Part shown: in pieces, positions 11,601 to 24,017 of the stretch | Position numbering within the stretch: position 1 is the stretch's first letter | How the letters are laid out: every line of letters begins with the position of its first letter | Source of the DNA: Gordius albopunctatus | Taxonomy: Eukaryota | NCBI GenBank assembly: GCA_964276515.1 | Contig: OZ193909.1 | Location: 14,384,001-14,448,000 of the forward strand | Length of the DNA: 64,000 nucleotides | Direction: 5' to 3' | Program-made: the position numbers and the translations under genes | Notes under the pieces: generated by a model | Told to the model about the DNA's origin: nothing | Database searches by the model: none | The model's input: the letters and a program-made list of their open reading frames with translations, nothing else

Positions 11601-14600
11601 ATGCAACTTTTAAAACCGCCGTGGGTTAATCATGCAGGTAGGATATCTAATATTCATAAAATTATGTAAAAAGGTTGCGCTATTTACTCCGTAGATATAC
11701 ATCCCAATGAAAAACGATTTGCTACTGGCGGTTTGGGTAAGACTTAATTTTATAGCCCACTACTTTTCATAATTCTTTTGAAAATTTCGAGCTATTTTTC
11801 CATTCAAACATGGCTTTAATAAATGACTTGTATTAATGTTTTTAAAATGTTAATTACTGTGAGCTTAACTTTTGGTCTGAAAGTAATTTCTTAATAAAAA
11901 ATGTTTGCACACTTATGGGCTTCAAAAATCTGTAAGTTTTATTATGTTTGCATTTATATAAAGGGCAAGACTGTGGAAAAATTGTGATATGGAACATGGA
12001 CCCTGTTTTGAAAGAAGAAGATGAGAAAAATGTGGCTATACCAAAATTGCTATGTCACATGGACAATCATCTATGTACAAATATCTTACACTTTTAATTA
12101 TTTTTAAAGCATGTGTAAATTGTGTTAGATGGTCAAACTCTGGAGAGTTTTTGGCATCTGGAAGTGATGACAAGTTGGTCATAATATGGAAACTAGGTAT
12201 CAGAAATATAGGAAGAGAAACAACAGGAGAATATTGGAAAACAGCTTACATGTTGAGGGGACATATAGGAGGTTCAAATTTATTTGTATTCTTATTGAAT
12301 TAAAAACACCACCTCTTATCTTTAAGCATCACCATAATGCATAATTTCCTGAAATATAGGAGATTATAATATCATTTAATGTTAAAATTTAGCAAAATAT
12401 TTAATTAAAAAACTTTTTTACACATGGTTCTTTATCCCAATTCTATTAACATTTGTTTGACAACTTCTATTAAATGTGAAAACTGGTAATAAAATTAAAA
12501 TATAACATATACATTTAATATAAATTTCTTATGCAATGTGCATGGTAACAATGCATATTTTAACCTGAATTGCAGATCTTATATTTGAAAACATAAAATT
12601 ATATTTTATAAAACTTGGTATTTTAGATGTATTAGATGTGTCATGGTCTCCTCATGATGTATTTCTGGCATCTTGCAGTGTTGACAACACAGTCATTATA
12701 TGGAATGCTCAAAAATTCCCAGGTTTATTAATGTTTTGTCTTCCAAATTCAATAACATAAGCTATAATTTTTAGCAAAATTTAAATGTTTGTATTTTCAT
12801 ATGATTTATTATTTATTGACTTTTATTTCATATATTTGATAGAAATGGCTGCAATATTAAAGGGACACAGTGGCCTAGTTAAAGGAGCTACCTGGGATCC
12901 AACAGGAAAATATCTAGCAACTCAAGTGAATTCAAATATTTTGCATTTCTTTGAATTTATTCAATATTTTTGGAAATTAATGTAAACAATTTTTATTTCT
13001 GAATTACTCATTTAAATTAAGTTCTAAGCTATAGGAAATATAAGATAGGTTAACTTTTTAATTAATTATCAATTTGTTTACCCTCAATATGCAATTTTTG
13101 TGTGTGTCCCATTTCTGTCAGAGTCTGATGCCACCTAAATATGTGTTATTTCGTAGAGAAGTTGCAAAAATCGTTGTAAAATTGTTTTAGGAGCTTATAA
13201 TATAAAGTTGAATGTCAAAGTATCTCCACTTTCAGATAAATAATACAACACTTTAATGAGTTTTTGATATTTTTTAAGGCCTAAAATTATATATTGGCAG
13301 GCTGACGACAAAACTTTGAGGATATGGCGAACTTCGGATTGGAAACAAGAGAGCGAAATAACTAAACCATTCACAGAGGTTCGTTAAACGCTAAAATGTT
13401 AGATCTATATATCTATTCTTCTTTTAGTGCATAACGTTCGTTTATTATATTTTTAAATTTCAATAGTCTCATACATACTCATGGACCTAGCCAGCATTGG
13501 GATTAGAGGGGGGGGGGTGGCAAAATAATTATTTTTTGAAATTTGAGCCATGATTTAATAAATTTTAACACCTCGGCTACCCCCACGTTCATACGGTCGC
13601 CCCTATATTTACAGATTTGTAAAAAGAATAAATCGTAAAATTAGAATTTCGTTAGCATCTTTGACTCAATCTCTATTTTATATAAATAAGATGAATTACA
13701 ATTTCGACCCTGTTTTTTTAGCCACTCTTCTATCAACTCGAAATTCCATATATTCTGAAACGTGGCTCTCCTCATAAGTTATATACTTTTATTTTTCTCG
13801 TTCGCCGCTGGTAATAAGCCAAATAACTTGAAACGATAATCATTCACAGGTTTTACTCTATTATTTTATTTTGGCCACATAAATTATAAACCTTTAAAGA
13901 TTAAACCATGATTATATGTACACGCGTGTTTTGCGAAACCATTTGTACCGCCTGTAAATCAAATGGGAATGACCCCTTTTTAAACATCTGCCTTTTGATT
14001 CCCCTTGAATACTTACTAGTGCGGAGGCACGACCCACATACTAAGGCTAGGCTGGTCCCCCGACGGGCATTACATAGTATCGGCCCACGCTATGAACAAT
14101 TCAGGTCCCACGGCGCAAATTATCGAGAGAAATGGCTGGAAAACAAACATGGATTTCGTCGGGCATCGCAAGGCTATCACCTGCGTGGTAATATATATCT
14201 AATTTCCTTAAATGTGGGATGAGGAAAAGATATAATTTTGATGCTTTATATCCTAACTTTACCACAATTGTGTTGTAGAATCAGCTTAAAAATGGATCTT
14301 TATTCCTCTCGTTCGATACTTGTGGTGGTTCGAAAGGTGATATCTTTAATTCTTTTTATTACTGACTTGGCTATTCCATTAAAACGAACGAACGGGGGGG
14401 GGGGGTTTGAGCTTTTAAATTCACTGTTTTGAGGAGTATTAGTTCAGTCACGTGATTGATTAATAAAAGGGTATGATTATTTGAGCTTTTAAATTCACTG
14501 TTTTGAGGAGTATTAGTTCAGTCACGTGATTGATTAATAAAAGGGTATGATTATTTGAGCTTTTAAATTCACTTTTTTGAGGAGTATTAGTTCAGTCACG

Positions 14601-17600
14601 TGATTAATAAAAGGGTATGATTATTTGAATTTATCCATAATTCGAACCCCTTATCGTCACTTTTAAATGTAGTGAGGCGGTCAGTTTTTGCTATAATTTA
14701 TATATCCCCAAAAATTTTTATCAAACCTCTTTTTTAAGAAAATAAATTCTGTAGTTAACCAAACTAAGTTGTAGGCTAATAAAAAGAAGAGTTCCTTAGG
14801 TACTCAGGCAATTTCTATGTTCATCCTTGTTCCTTATATATATATATATAATAATTTCTAAATATTAATTTGGTTATACGGTATTATTTATTGACTATTA
14901 AATAATATCCACCTTACCATGAAATTTTGTTCGTGCTTTACCGCTTTAAATTAATTTTTAAGAGATGGACATAACAAGGATTTAAAAGGCAATTATTGAT
15001 TTTGGGAAATTTTTTTGACGATAGCTAAATTATTACGGATTTTTTAAATTTATTTTTGCATAGCGTTTCAATCCCAACATACTGATGAAGCATATCAAAA
15101 AAGGTGCGACGAAAGTAAGTTCAGTTCTCTATACATATAAAGGGGCAATTCTTTCACACGAACGAATTCCTCGGAGATTTAAATGGAATTAAAAAAAATA
15201 ACAGGTTAAAAATTCACAAAGTAGATGGTGTATGACACAATTATAAAAATGTTTTTATAATACTAACCGATCGAGGATTAATTGCAATAATTTCCTTTAT
15301 TTGAGGCTGGTGGATCTCGTGAAATTCTCCGTACCCCTTCCTCGTAACAATTGTTATCGATTTGGATCTAACCTAAATTTTAATACGAATCTTCGCTTGC
15401 GTGGGCGTAGCCTGCATTGGAATTAGAGTGGGCAATAATGGCTTAGGGAGGGGCAAAATGATCAATTTCCAAATTTTAGCCCCATGATTTTAATAAATTT
15501 CAACAAATTTTTGAATTTACAAGCCCTGACTACGACGCCCATGTTCGCTTGTTTCCCATTCTTAATTTTTATCCCGAATAACGCCACATTGAATTAAAGA
15601 AGTTCAAAGAAGTCTAAAAACGGAATGGGGAAGTTTTTGATGTGATTAGACTTAAAACCTTTGCTAAGGAGTTCGATCCCACGTCGTTATATAATATTGC
15701 CCGTTAGTTATTAGTACTACGCTGCACTAAAATTTGAGCAAATTTATTTGCGTGTAGATATTATTGATCCAATTTCTAGCTCAAACTTTGCTATTACATA
15801 AACGATTTCAAATCTTTTTAGCCTCAGCAGTACTCTTCATGCGCGTTAGGGAGCAAAGACCGATCCATTTCTATATGGGTAAAAAGCTTTTAGAAACATT
15901 GTTGAACATCGTTTATGAATAAATGTTATTTAATATGCAATTTTTTATGAATTTATTTCATGGTTGACAGATGACGGCTTTGAAAAGACCGCTCGTCGTG
16001 ATACACGACCTATTTTCTCAAGCTATAATGGACATTTCTTGGTATCCTTTTTTGGTTATTTCTTCAAATATTGGACATCTTGAATTTATGTCTTAAAATT
16101 CTTATTTTTTAGTTTTAATGCTCTGTAGTCAACTCTTTTATCTACAAAAACTTGGAAATCTTAACGCTTTTAATCTTAATTCCTATAACATTATTTAGCA
16201 GTTAGAATCTAATTCGACAAAATTATAAATAATCTTCTATCTTTATTTAGCTAATGCGAAATAAAGTAATTTGATAGTGGCATATACTAGAATAATTTTT
16301 TTAAACACTTTATGGTAATATATATATTTCATCCGTTTGTGGCCTGTTTTTCCTATGACAAAAAGTTTCAAATCTATGTCAAACCTTTTATAAGTTTATT
16401 ATTACTTAAAAAATACATATTTTGCGAAGATGAATGAGATAAATAAAAAAGATTATGAATATTCAAATATTTCAAGTGAATTATATTTACAAAAACTCAT
16501 TTTTTGTTGTTTAATTTTCAATCTTTTTTTAATATAGGAGCGCGGATGGCAAGAGTTTGATTGCTTGTTCTCTGGATGGCACCATAGCTTTCCTTCAGTT
16601 TAACCAAAACGAAATTGGAACTCCACTAAGCCCAGAAGAAAAAGTGAAATTTTGAAAAAATACTGGATTTTAAATTAGACATTGAATATCTTGTAATGTA
16701 AAGCAATATGTTAATAGTGGATAATTAATAATTTTTATAAGTAATAACTCTCAAACAGATGTATAAAGATGTGTATCAAACCTTATATTGACTACTATAA
16801 TCTAATACGTTTGCTCATAAAGATTCTTAATTTTTGCAAATTTATTGCGTGTTTTTTGTAGCTAAACATGCAGAAAAAGATATACGGCAATGAATACGAC
16901 CTCTTGAATCCGGCTAATTTATCTTCACACGTTTCTTCCTCAGCTATCAACCCTAGTCAGAGTGCTCAATTCACCAAACACCAGCCTTCTAATCTCCGTA
17001 AAAAGTTTGAAGTAATTGCATCTATTTTTTGCCATGTGAATCTGTGTATTTAAAATAACTTTTATTACAACAATATTTTAGTGTAATTCTTTATAATTTT
17101 TTGTATTTATATGTTCGTGTAGAAGCCTTTGGACCGCCAAATAGAAACCAGACTACCTAATGGCAAAAGGCGCATTACGCCCTTGTTTATAACCAACCTA
17201 GAAGAAGCGTAATACCGATTTTATTTTATTTTTTTATCATTTATTATTTTTATAAAATACATATTTTGTGAAGATGTAAGTAATGAATGAAAAAGGTTAA
17301 AAATTATAAATATTCGGAAAACATTCCGGTAAAATTTATTAGATTATTTATAAATATGTTCAAAATACTATCTAAAAATAAAGAGTTTTAAGTAATGGTT
17401 TTGGCAGTTTGATTTATCAAGTTTAGAATGATTCTTATTTTTATTTAGATGCTAAACTTTATTATATTACCATTGCAGTATTTTGGATGGTGTGGGCCAT
17501 TTACAAACTTTCATGTCTTCCAACAAAAAGAACAGCGATATAAAAATCGAGAAACGCGCATGTTTGTTTTCCTTACAAAGTTCCAAGCCAAAAATCACCA

Positions 17601-20600
17601 CCCAAAATTTGCAAAAAGTAAAGGATTACAAATTCATACACATAAAACACAGTTACTCGATTTTATATATTAGATTGTATAATTTATTTCTTTATTTATT
17701 CGCTTTATATTTGGATTTAGGATCAAATTAGTGCTAAAGATAGCAGCCTTAAAATGATTTCAACCTCGAGTCCGCTCCTTTTTGGTACTTCGCAGCAAAA
17801 ATCATCGTCTAACAAGTAATTATAACCTCGTCTTATTTTTAAGATTAACATTAATCCACCTAGTTCGCAAATTGCTGGTAACCAGGGAAGTGCTTTGAAT
17901 TTGGACGCCATGAACATGAAGTTTCACAGGCAAATGAATCCCTCCAAAGATAATGTCCCTTCGCAATCTACTCAAAACCATAGTATATCGGTATTGCATC
18001 ATTTAGTGCATGTTTTACCAAAGTTTTTTTGAAATAAACATTGGGGGGGGGGGGGTATTTACCTAGTGTTATACACTAATAGCTCAATAAAATGGCGAAC
18101 AGCTGATAAATTATTATTAAGTACGGGTGTGGATCGCCACGTTTTAGGCGTATTTTAACAAACTAAACGCCATTTTGTTTGTTGAATAATTAAATTATAA
18201 ACTCAAGTGTGGGAAGAGGATCCTCTAATTTTCCCAATATTCTTCCTTGCAAAACTTTTGCAATTATTCATTGCACAAGCTATTGTATTATTATGTCCGT
18301 GCCCCATTTCAAGATAACTCTTTTATAAAAACATCTTTGATTGGGGTTATAATATTTAACATCGCTGGCTGAATTAATTCCCACTCTTTTTACCAATTTA
18401 TATTTTAGTGTATAATAAAAACCTTAATTTTATATGTTATAATTGAAAATAATTAAGGTTTCACCTAATTCCCATTAATTTATTATTCTATGTTAATACA
18501 TTATCTACTTGGCTGATTAGAGGTTGTCCTATTTTGTGGTTCTCTATCCAAAAATTATTAAAACATTTTGGTTGTAGAAGGAACGTGATATAATGGATTT
18601 CAGAAAAATGGCGACTGCAACTAGGCCATTACTGCCCCTACCTAAACCAGTCAATCACATAATTTTTCAGGTACGTTTAACTAAATACACTAACATTTTT
18701 TTGTAATTTAAACTCAGCCTTGACGTTATATACACATTGCGAAAGTTTGAGGCCGAAAGAATATTTAATAGTTAAATTTTGGTAATGCTATTCTTTGGTT
18801 CTATTAAACTCACCGAGGTTTACAAATACCGACTGAAAATTCCAAATTTCAACCCCAACTCCAGATACATTTTTGACCTAAAACCCGAGCCAAAACAATG
18901 TTTGGCACTTGCATTCTGCACAAACTCCACCAATTTAATGATTTGATTTAGAACAGACATGAAATCGAAATTTTTATTACTAAAACTAAAGGTCGACCTA
19001 ACAAAACCCCAAGCAGTTTTTACAATACTACTTAATAACAATTTAGATATCGCCCGGATCTCAATGCCCAGCTACGCTAGATGTGAAAAACGCGACAATA
19101 AACGGTAACCAAACCCTGACCACGACAACCTTGTATTACGTGGATGGGGCTGACAAACTCCATGATGAACCATCGGGTGGCGTGCTTCCATATTCTGAAA
19201 ACAGCGGATATATTGGGATAAAGTGGAAAACTTCCTTTACCATTGGACCCGTCAACCTCGCAACTACTAACGAGTATGTGCAGCATTGCCTCGGGATTTT
19301 GGAATGTATTTTATCGTTAAATTATAGCCAGTTTTGTTGAATGTCAATGCTTAGTGTTAAAATACGCGTGAAAGTATCTATGCTAGTTCATCCTGTTTAA
19401 AAAATAATTACACGCTAGGTGGATACCAAATTGATTTTTTACTAAATTTGCTTTTTTATAAAAGGCAAATTGTTCTGCATAGCATTAAAAGCAATTTTGA
19501 ACGATTAGTTCATAATTTGTGCCAATAATTGAGTCATTTTTGGTATTGCTTCCAAATCCCTTCTCCTTTTTTATTTAAAATCAATTAATTCGTAAAAACA
19601 ACTTGATTTATTTCCGAATTAGAATCGGTAACATTTGTTGCTGCTCAAGTCCTATATAGTAAAATAAATATAGTATTTATTAAACAAAGAAATGTAGGAG
19701 AACAAACAACTATTTTATTTCCAAATAATAGAAAGCGAAACAAATGAATAAATACTTTTCAAATATCGCGTTTATATACACATCTGGCGAGGTTATTTGT
19801 GTGAATAATAACGTTGAATTGTCAGACATTCAAATACTTGAATGTATTCACTTTTATGATTAAGGTGTATGAATACTTGAATAATAAAGGTCAAGTTTTT
19901 TTCCTGGGTAACCGATGCGAGTTGCTTTCATCAAATTGCCTAGGTGACCATACATTCTCTAACAACTTGCTGTAATCAGCTATTGGGACATAGTATTTTA
20001 TGAAATCTTAAACATAGATTATTACGAAAATAGACTGACTAACAGCTGATAAGTATTAAGTAGGTTAGCCAGGATTAGAATCAGAGGAGGTCCTTAATGA
20101 TTCAGGGAGGGGCAATTAGAGGGGGGAAGCTGCCCCTCCCTGCCAACCCCTCGCTACGCCCATGGATGTTGGCCGTCATGTTGAATACAATTTTAACAAT
20201 ATTATAAACGCTATGGATTTTGTTGAATACTCGCGTGTTCTCCCATAACTTTTGCAATTTTCAAGAGCACAGGTCAATATATTACAAAATCCTTACCCAA
20301 AATGGCAATTTGAATTACTCAATAAATTTTTATGCAAAAATCATCTTTTCACCAATTCGTTACATTAATTTAGTCTTTGATCTCAAACCCTTTTAGCCAC
20401 GTCGTGTGCTTATCTTTCTCTAACGTGCCATCCGTGCTATTTATGTGCCAACGAACGGGTCGGAAACTGATGCCAAACTTGATACTATCTTCCCACGTCT
20501 CTCACCTAAAGGGCACAGGCTCTCACATTTTGGCTATTACTGAGCGAGCCAAACTTTACATATGGTACCTATTTTTTTGCCTATCTTTCCTCCAAAATTA

Positions 20601-23600
20601 ATATTTCATGTTTGCTGTGAGGTATCGAAAATTTTTAATGCAATGTACAATAGGAAAACGTCGTCGTCGTTTATCGAACCTATTACCCCGGTGCTCAACA
20701 ACGTTAAAATTGTAGCCATAACGATAGGTGATATGAGTGAATATTTTGCCCTACGGGAAATTTTATTTTATTTAACTAGGTTTTTACCGTAAAAAATATT
20801 GTTTATAAATATTGAATTCTCATTTTAATGTTACTCTACTTTATTTAAAATATAATGTATGAAGAAAGTAGTAACCCCATTGATTTGGATATTACCAAAA
20901 ATGGTCAGCCTCTGATAACTTTCGCCAACGGGCGTACATACACTTACCAAATTTCACTGGGCTCATGGTAAAGATTTTTTTAAAACTGTTTGTTAAAATT
21001 TGCCTAGGTTGTCATAAAATCAATTTTGCAAATCATCACTGAAATAGCGATTAAATTAAGCGCTAATCCCATTATTTGGTTGGGTTTTAATAATTTTGTC
21101 TGATTTGGGTTAATTTTTTGCATTTGAAACTTGATAATAGCCCGTTAAAATGTGTAATAATAAAAAAATATAAACTGTTTGCTCGTAGAAATAACTTGAT
21201 ACGTAATTCGGGTTATATAACAATCAAATTTAAGTCATAATAGTTCATATCGATTAAAAGTATATGCATTATACCTTTTAGAAGTTTTATGTTAACTATT
21301 TAATGCCAGGCTCTTGGTTTCGAATAAAGATGACTTGTTGGAACGATTTTATTTGAGCACGTATGAAGAAAAGAAGAAAAGTATCGAAGACCCTGACGAC
21401 GTATTGACCTCTCTCGTTGACCTTAAGTATGACCACTTTCGCCAATCTATTTTTATGAATTGATATTTGATTTTCAAGTAGTTTCTTAAAATAAAAACGC
21501 CTTCAAAATCAGCAGTTAAATTGGAAAAAAAGGTTTTTAAATTATAAATAATGATTACCTACTACGGTTCACTTGTTATAACATTCAACCGTATTTTGAG
21601 CTATCTTACCAGTCCGAACTAGAGGTGTGCACGGATCAATCCGATCCGATCCGTCTGAACTCGGATTGGATCGGATCGGATCAAAATTTTAATTTTGGAA
21701 GTTGGATCGGATCAACATTTTATTTTATTTTTTTTTAAATTGACATGCTTTATTAAATAAAAAGTATTAAATATTGAGTGGAATTAATAAAAAGATACAA
21801 GAACGAAAACATTTATATAAAAAAATGATTAAAACTCAATATCCGTTTCTTCATCTTTGAGAATGGGCATTGAATTTTATTTTAGTCGGATCGGATCGGA
21901 TTTTCAAATTTAAAATAAAAATATTAATAATTTTTAGTATACCTTTTCATAATTATCTTTGCGTTGTTTTTTTACTTTACCATTTTTGAAGCCCAATACC
22001 ACCTTACTTACCCTAACATATTTATCAGTATTTCCTTAGAGTTTTTCCCTAGCCAGACTTTCTTGTTTGGCGAGAAAGGAGCTAGTGTCAATGATAAATC
22101 AGCATCTCCCGTTTCCTTTTTAGCACACGCATCTCTTTCTATCTCAACTCAACTCCGAAAATCATCAATCACAATCTCCCCTTTCCTTAAAGCACACGCG
22201 TAGATCCTTTCTATTGTTTATCATATTAAAAACCGTCATGGAAGTAATAATAAAAAAATTTAAAATAAATATGCTTCAACAAGTTAAAAAAGAAGACGGA
22301 AAAAGTCAAATTTGGAGTTACTTTTACCTTCTAAATAAATGAAAATGATACATACACCGGTTATGTTATCTGCAAGAAATGCCATCATATCTACACATAT
22401 AATTCCATTCGAGGTAGTTCCCATCTTTTGCATCATAAATGTATTCCAAAAACTTCAGCTAAAAATACAATTGACAAATTTGTTACCAAACCTCTCGCTG
22501 AAATCACAAAACTAAAAAAAAAAAATTTTGAAAAGCATATAATTTATTTTATTTCAAAAGATATTCGACCGTTTTCAATCGTTAAGGAGATTCTTTATTA
22601 TTTTTATATGATAATATGGAATTAGTCAAATAAAATTTTATATTTATTTCAGGTCTATTAAAATTGCCATACCTTATTTTTATGTATTTTGAATTTAATC
22701 ATCAATAAAAAGTTCTGTTCGTAAAATTTTAATTTAAAAGTTTCGGATCGGTTCGGATCGAATTTAGATTTTAAAAAACTCGGATCGGATTTAGATTTTA
22801 AAATACTCGGATCGGATGGATATAAAATTTTCCAAAAACCCCTCGGATCGGATCAAAAAAATTTGATCCATGCACACCTCTAGTCCGAACATGGTTAAGG
22901 CTTAATTTTTATTTTTTCCGACCACACTTGAAAGCACGGTAAAGCTCGAGTTTGCACATTTTATTTGAGCTCACCAATTTTAGGGCAAGAGCATCACAAG
23001 CCCTTAAGACTTTTTACGCTAGCCGAATCTGATCATAGATGTAAAATTATATGTAGGTATCAGCCATCCAGTAGGACTGTGATTGAAAATATGAAGTGTT
23101 TAAATGATTTTATAACTTGTTTTTGAAAGACTAAATAGTAGAGAATAATTATATAAATTTGCTAATATATATAATTTAAACTATAGGAGTGGAGGGCGGG
23201 AAGAAATTTTGAATTTGAAAATGTTGCTAAAACCGGATAATGAAGCACTTAAAGAAACGCTGGAAGACGAAACTAACCTTCATTTATTACGATTTTTCGA
23301 AGATAGATGTTCTTCGGCTTCCCTCTTGAATTCCCCCAAGGAATATTTGCATTGGTTGATCATTATGGTTAGGCATATGGTTCACTCGGGTATAAATAAA
23401 AAATATTTTTTGATTAATGATATTTTTATTAAAACATCATAGTTTTCCTTAAAAATTATTTAAATTAATTTCTTAAAATAATATTTTGTAGCATTTATAT
23501 AGAATAATTGCTTCTTTAAAAGAGGTCATATATAGATTGATTCGATGATGTTTTTAAATCTGACCAGTTTGTGTAACTAATGTAATGAAAGGAGATATTT

Positions 23601-24017
23601 ATGCTCAAAATGCTATATATTGGATTAAGTATGACATCATCATTGCTTCATTTAAAAATAAAATCCATGTAACGGGTTTTAGCGAAGAATTTTGAATCCA
23701 AAATATTTGAGTTATTTTACTTGTAACTCTATAAGTACAAAATTATGTAAAATTAATTAATTTAATAATAATAAAATTATAAAAATTAAATTTTTAGGTT
23801 TGAAAACAAATTTCCATGCTCTTTGTGAAGGATTGCTTAGTGAAGCAGAAATTATATTGGTAAATTTATAAAATAATCAATGAATGCTGATCATTTATAT
23901 TTTAAGGGTTATGAAAAGTCATTTATAATGGATAAAATTTCGGAGTCACTCGAAGGAGATGAAAGCTTCCAAGTCATTTTTCAATTATACAAAGATATGG
24001 TAGCTAATAAACTGTGA
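11601..24017 (+). CDS. HIRA: Histone chaperone HIRA (WD40 repeats, B-domain, C-terminal Hira domain), 26 coding exons
   Basis: Phase-consistent GT-AG exons: 11601-11637, 11674-11736, 11964-12074, 12110-12271, 12627-12722, 12843-12925, 13301-13378, 14020-14187, 15064-15114, 15822-15878, 15971-16041, 16538-16643, 16862-17011, 17123-17208, 17479-17617, 17721-17815, 17864-17990, 18578-18670, 19047-19273, 20397-20564, 20654-20727, 20865-20967, 21310-21426, 23187-23389, 23798-23859, 23907-24017. Diagnostic peptides are MQLLKPPWVNH, CGGTTHILRLGWSPDG, SAHAMNNSGPTAQIIER, B-domain QIETRLPNGKRRITP and SPKEYLHWL. Exons 15-19 (low-conservation linker) are less certain. Confidence 0.96.
14406..14628. repeat. 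Tandem repeat, 3 copies of a 74-bp unit in HIRA intron 8
   Basis: TTTGAGCTTTTAAATTCACTGTTTTGAGGAGTATTAGTTCAGTCACGTGATTGATTAATAAAAGGGTATGATTA at 14406, 14480 and 14554. The third copy is 4 nt shorter. Confidence 0.95.
15400..15543. mobile_element. Short hAT MITE (CATGGGCGTAGCC family)
   Basis: Ends CGTGGGCGTAG...ACGCCCATG with 8-bp TSD TTCGCTTG on both sides. Related copies lie near 13480, 20062, 30706, 41943, 44230, 46222, 58837, 59250 and 63240. Confidence 0.85.
21620..22882 (+). mobile_element. Non-autonomous hAT element (TAGAGGTGTGCA family, hobo/Hermes-like) retaining the BED-finger region, in HIRA intron 23
   Basis: TIRs TAGAGGTGTGCACGGATC / GATCCATGCACACCTCTA, 8-bp TSD GTCCGAAC and (TCGGA)n subterminal repeats. 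Internal relics are KSQIWSYF and VICKKCHHIYTYNSIRGSSHLLHHKC...SKDIRPFSIV. Confidence 0.92.

Noticed and set aside
14406..14628. Regular repeats as a CRISPR array
   Set aside because: Head-to-tail units without unique spacers, inside a eukaryotic intron, and no cas genes.
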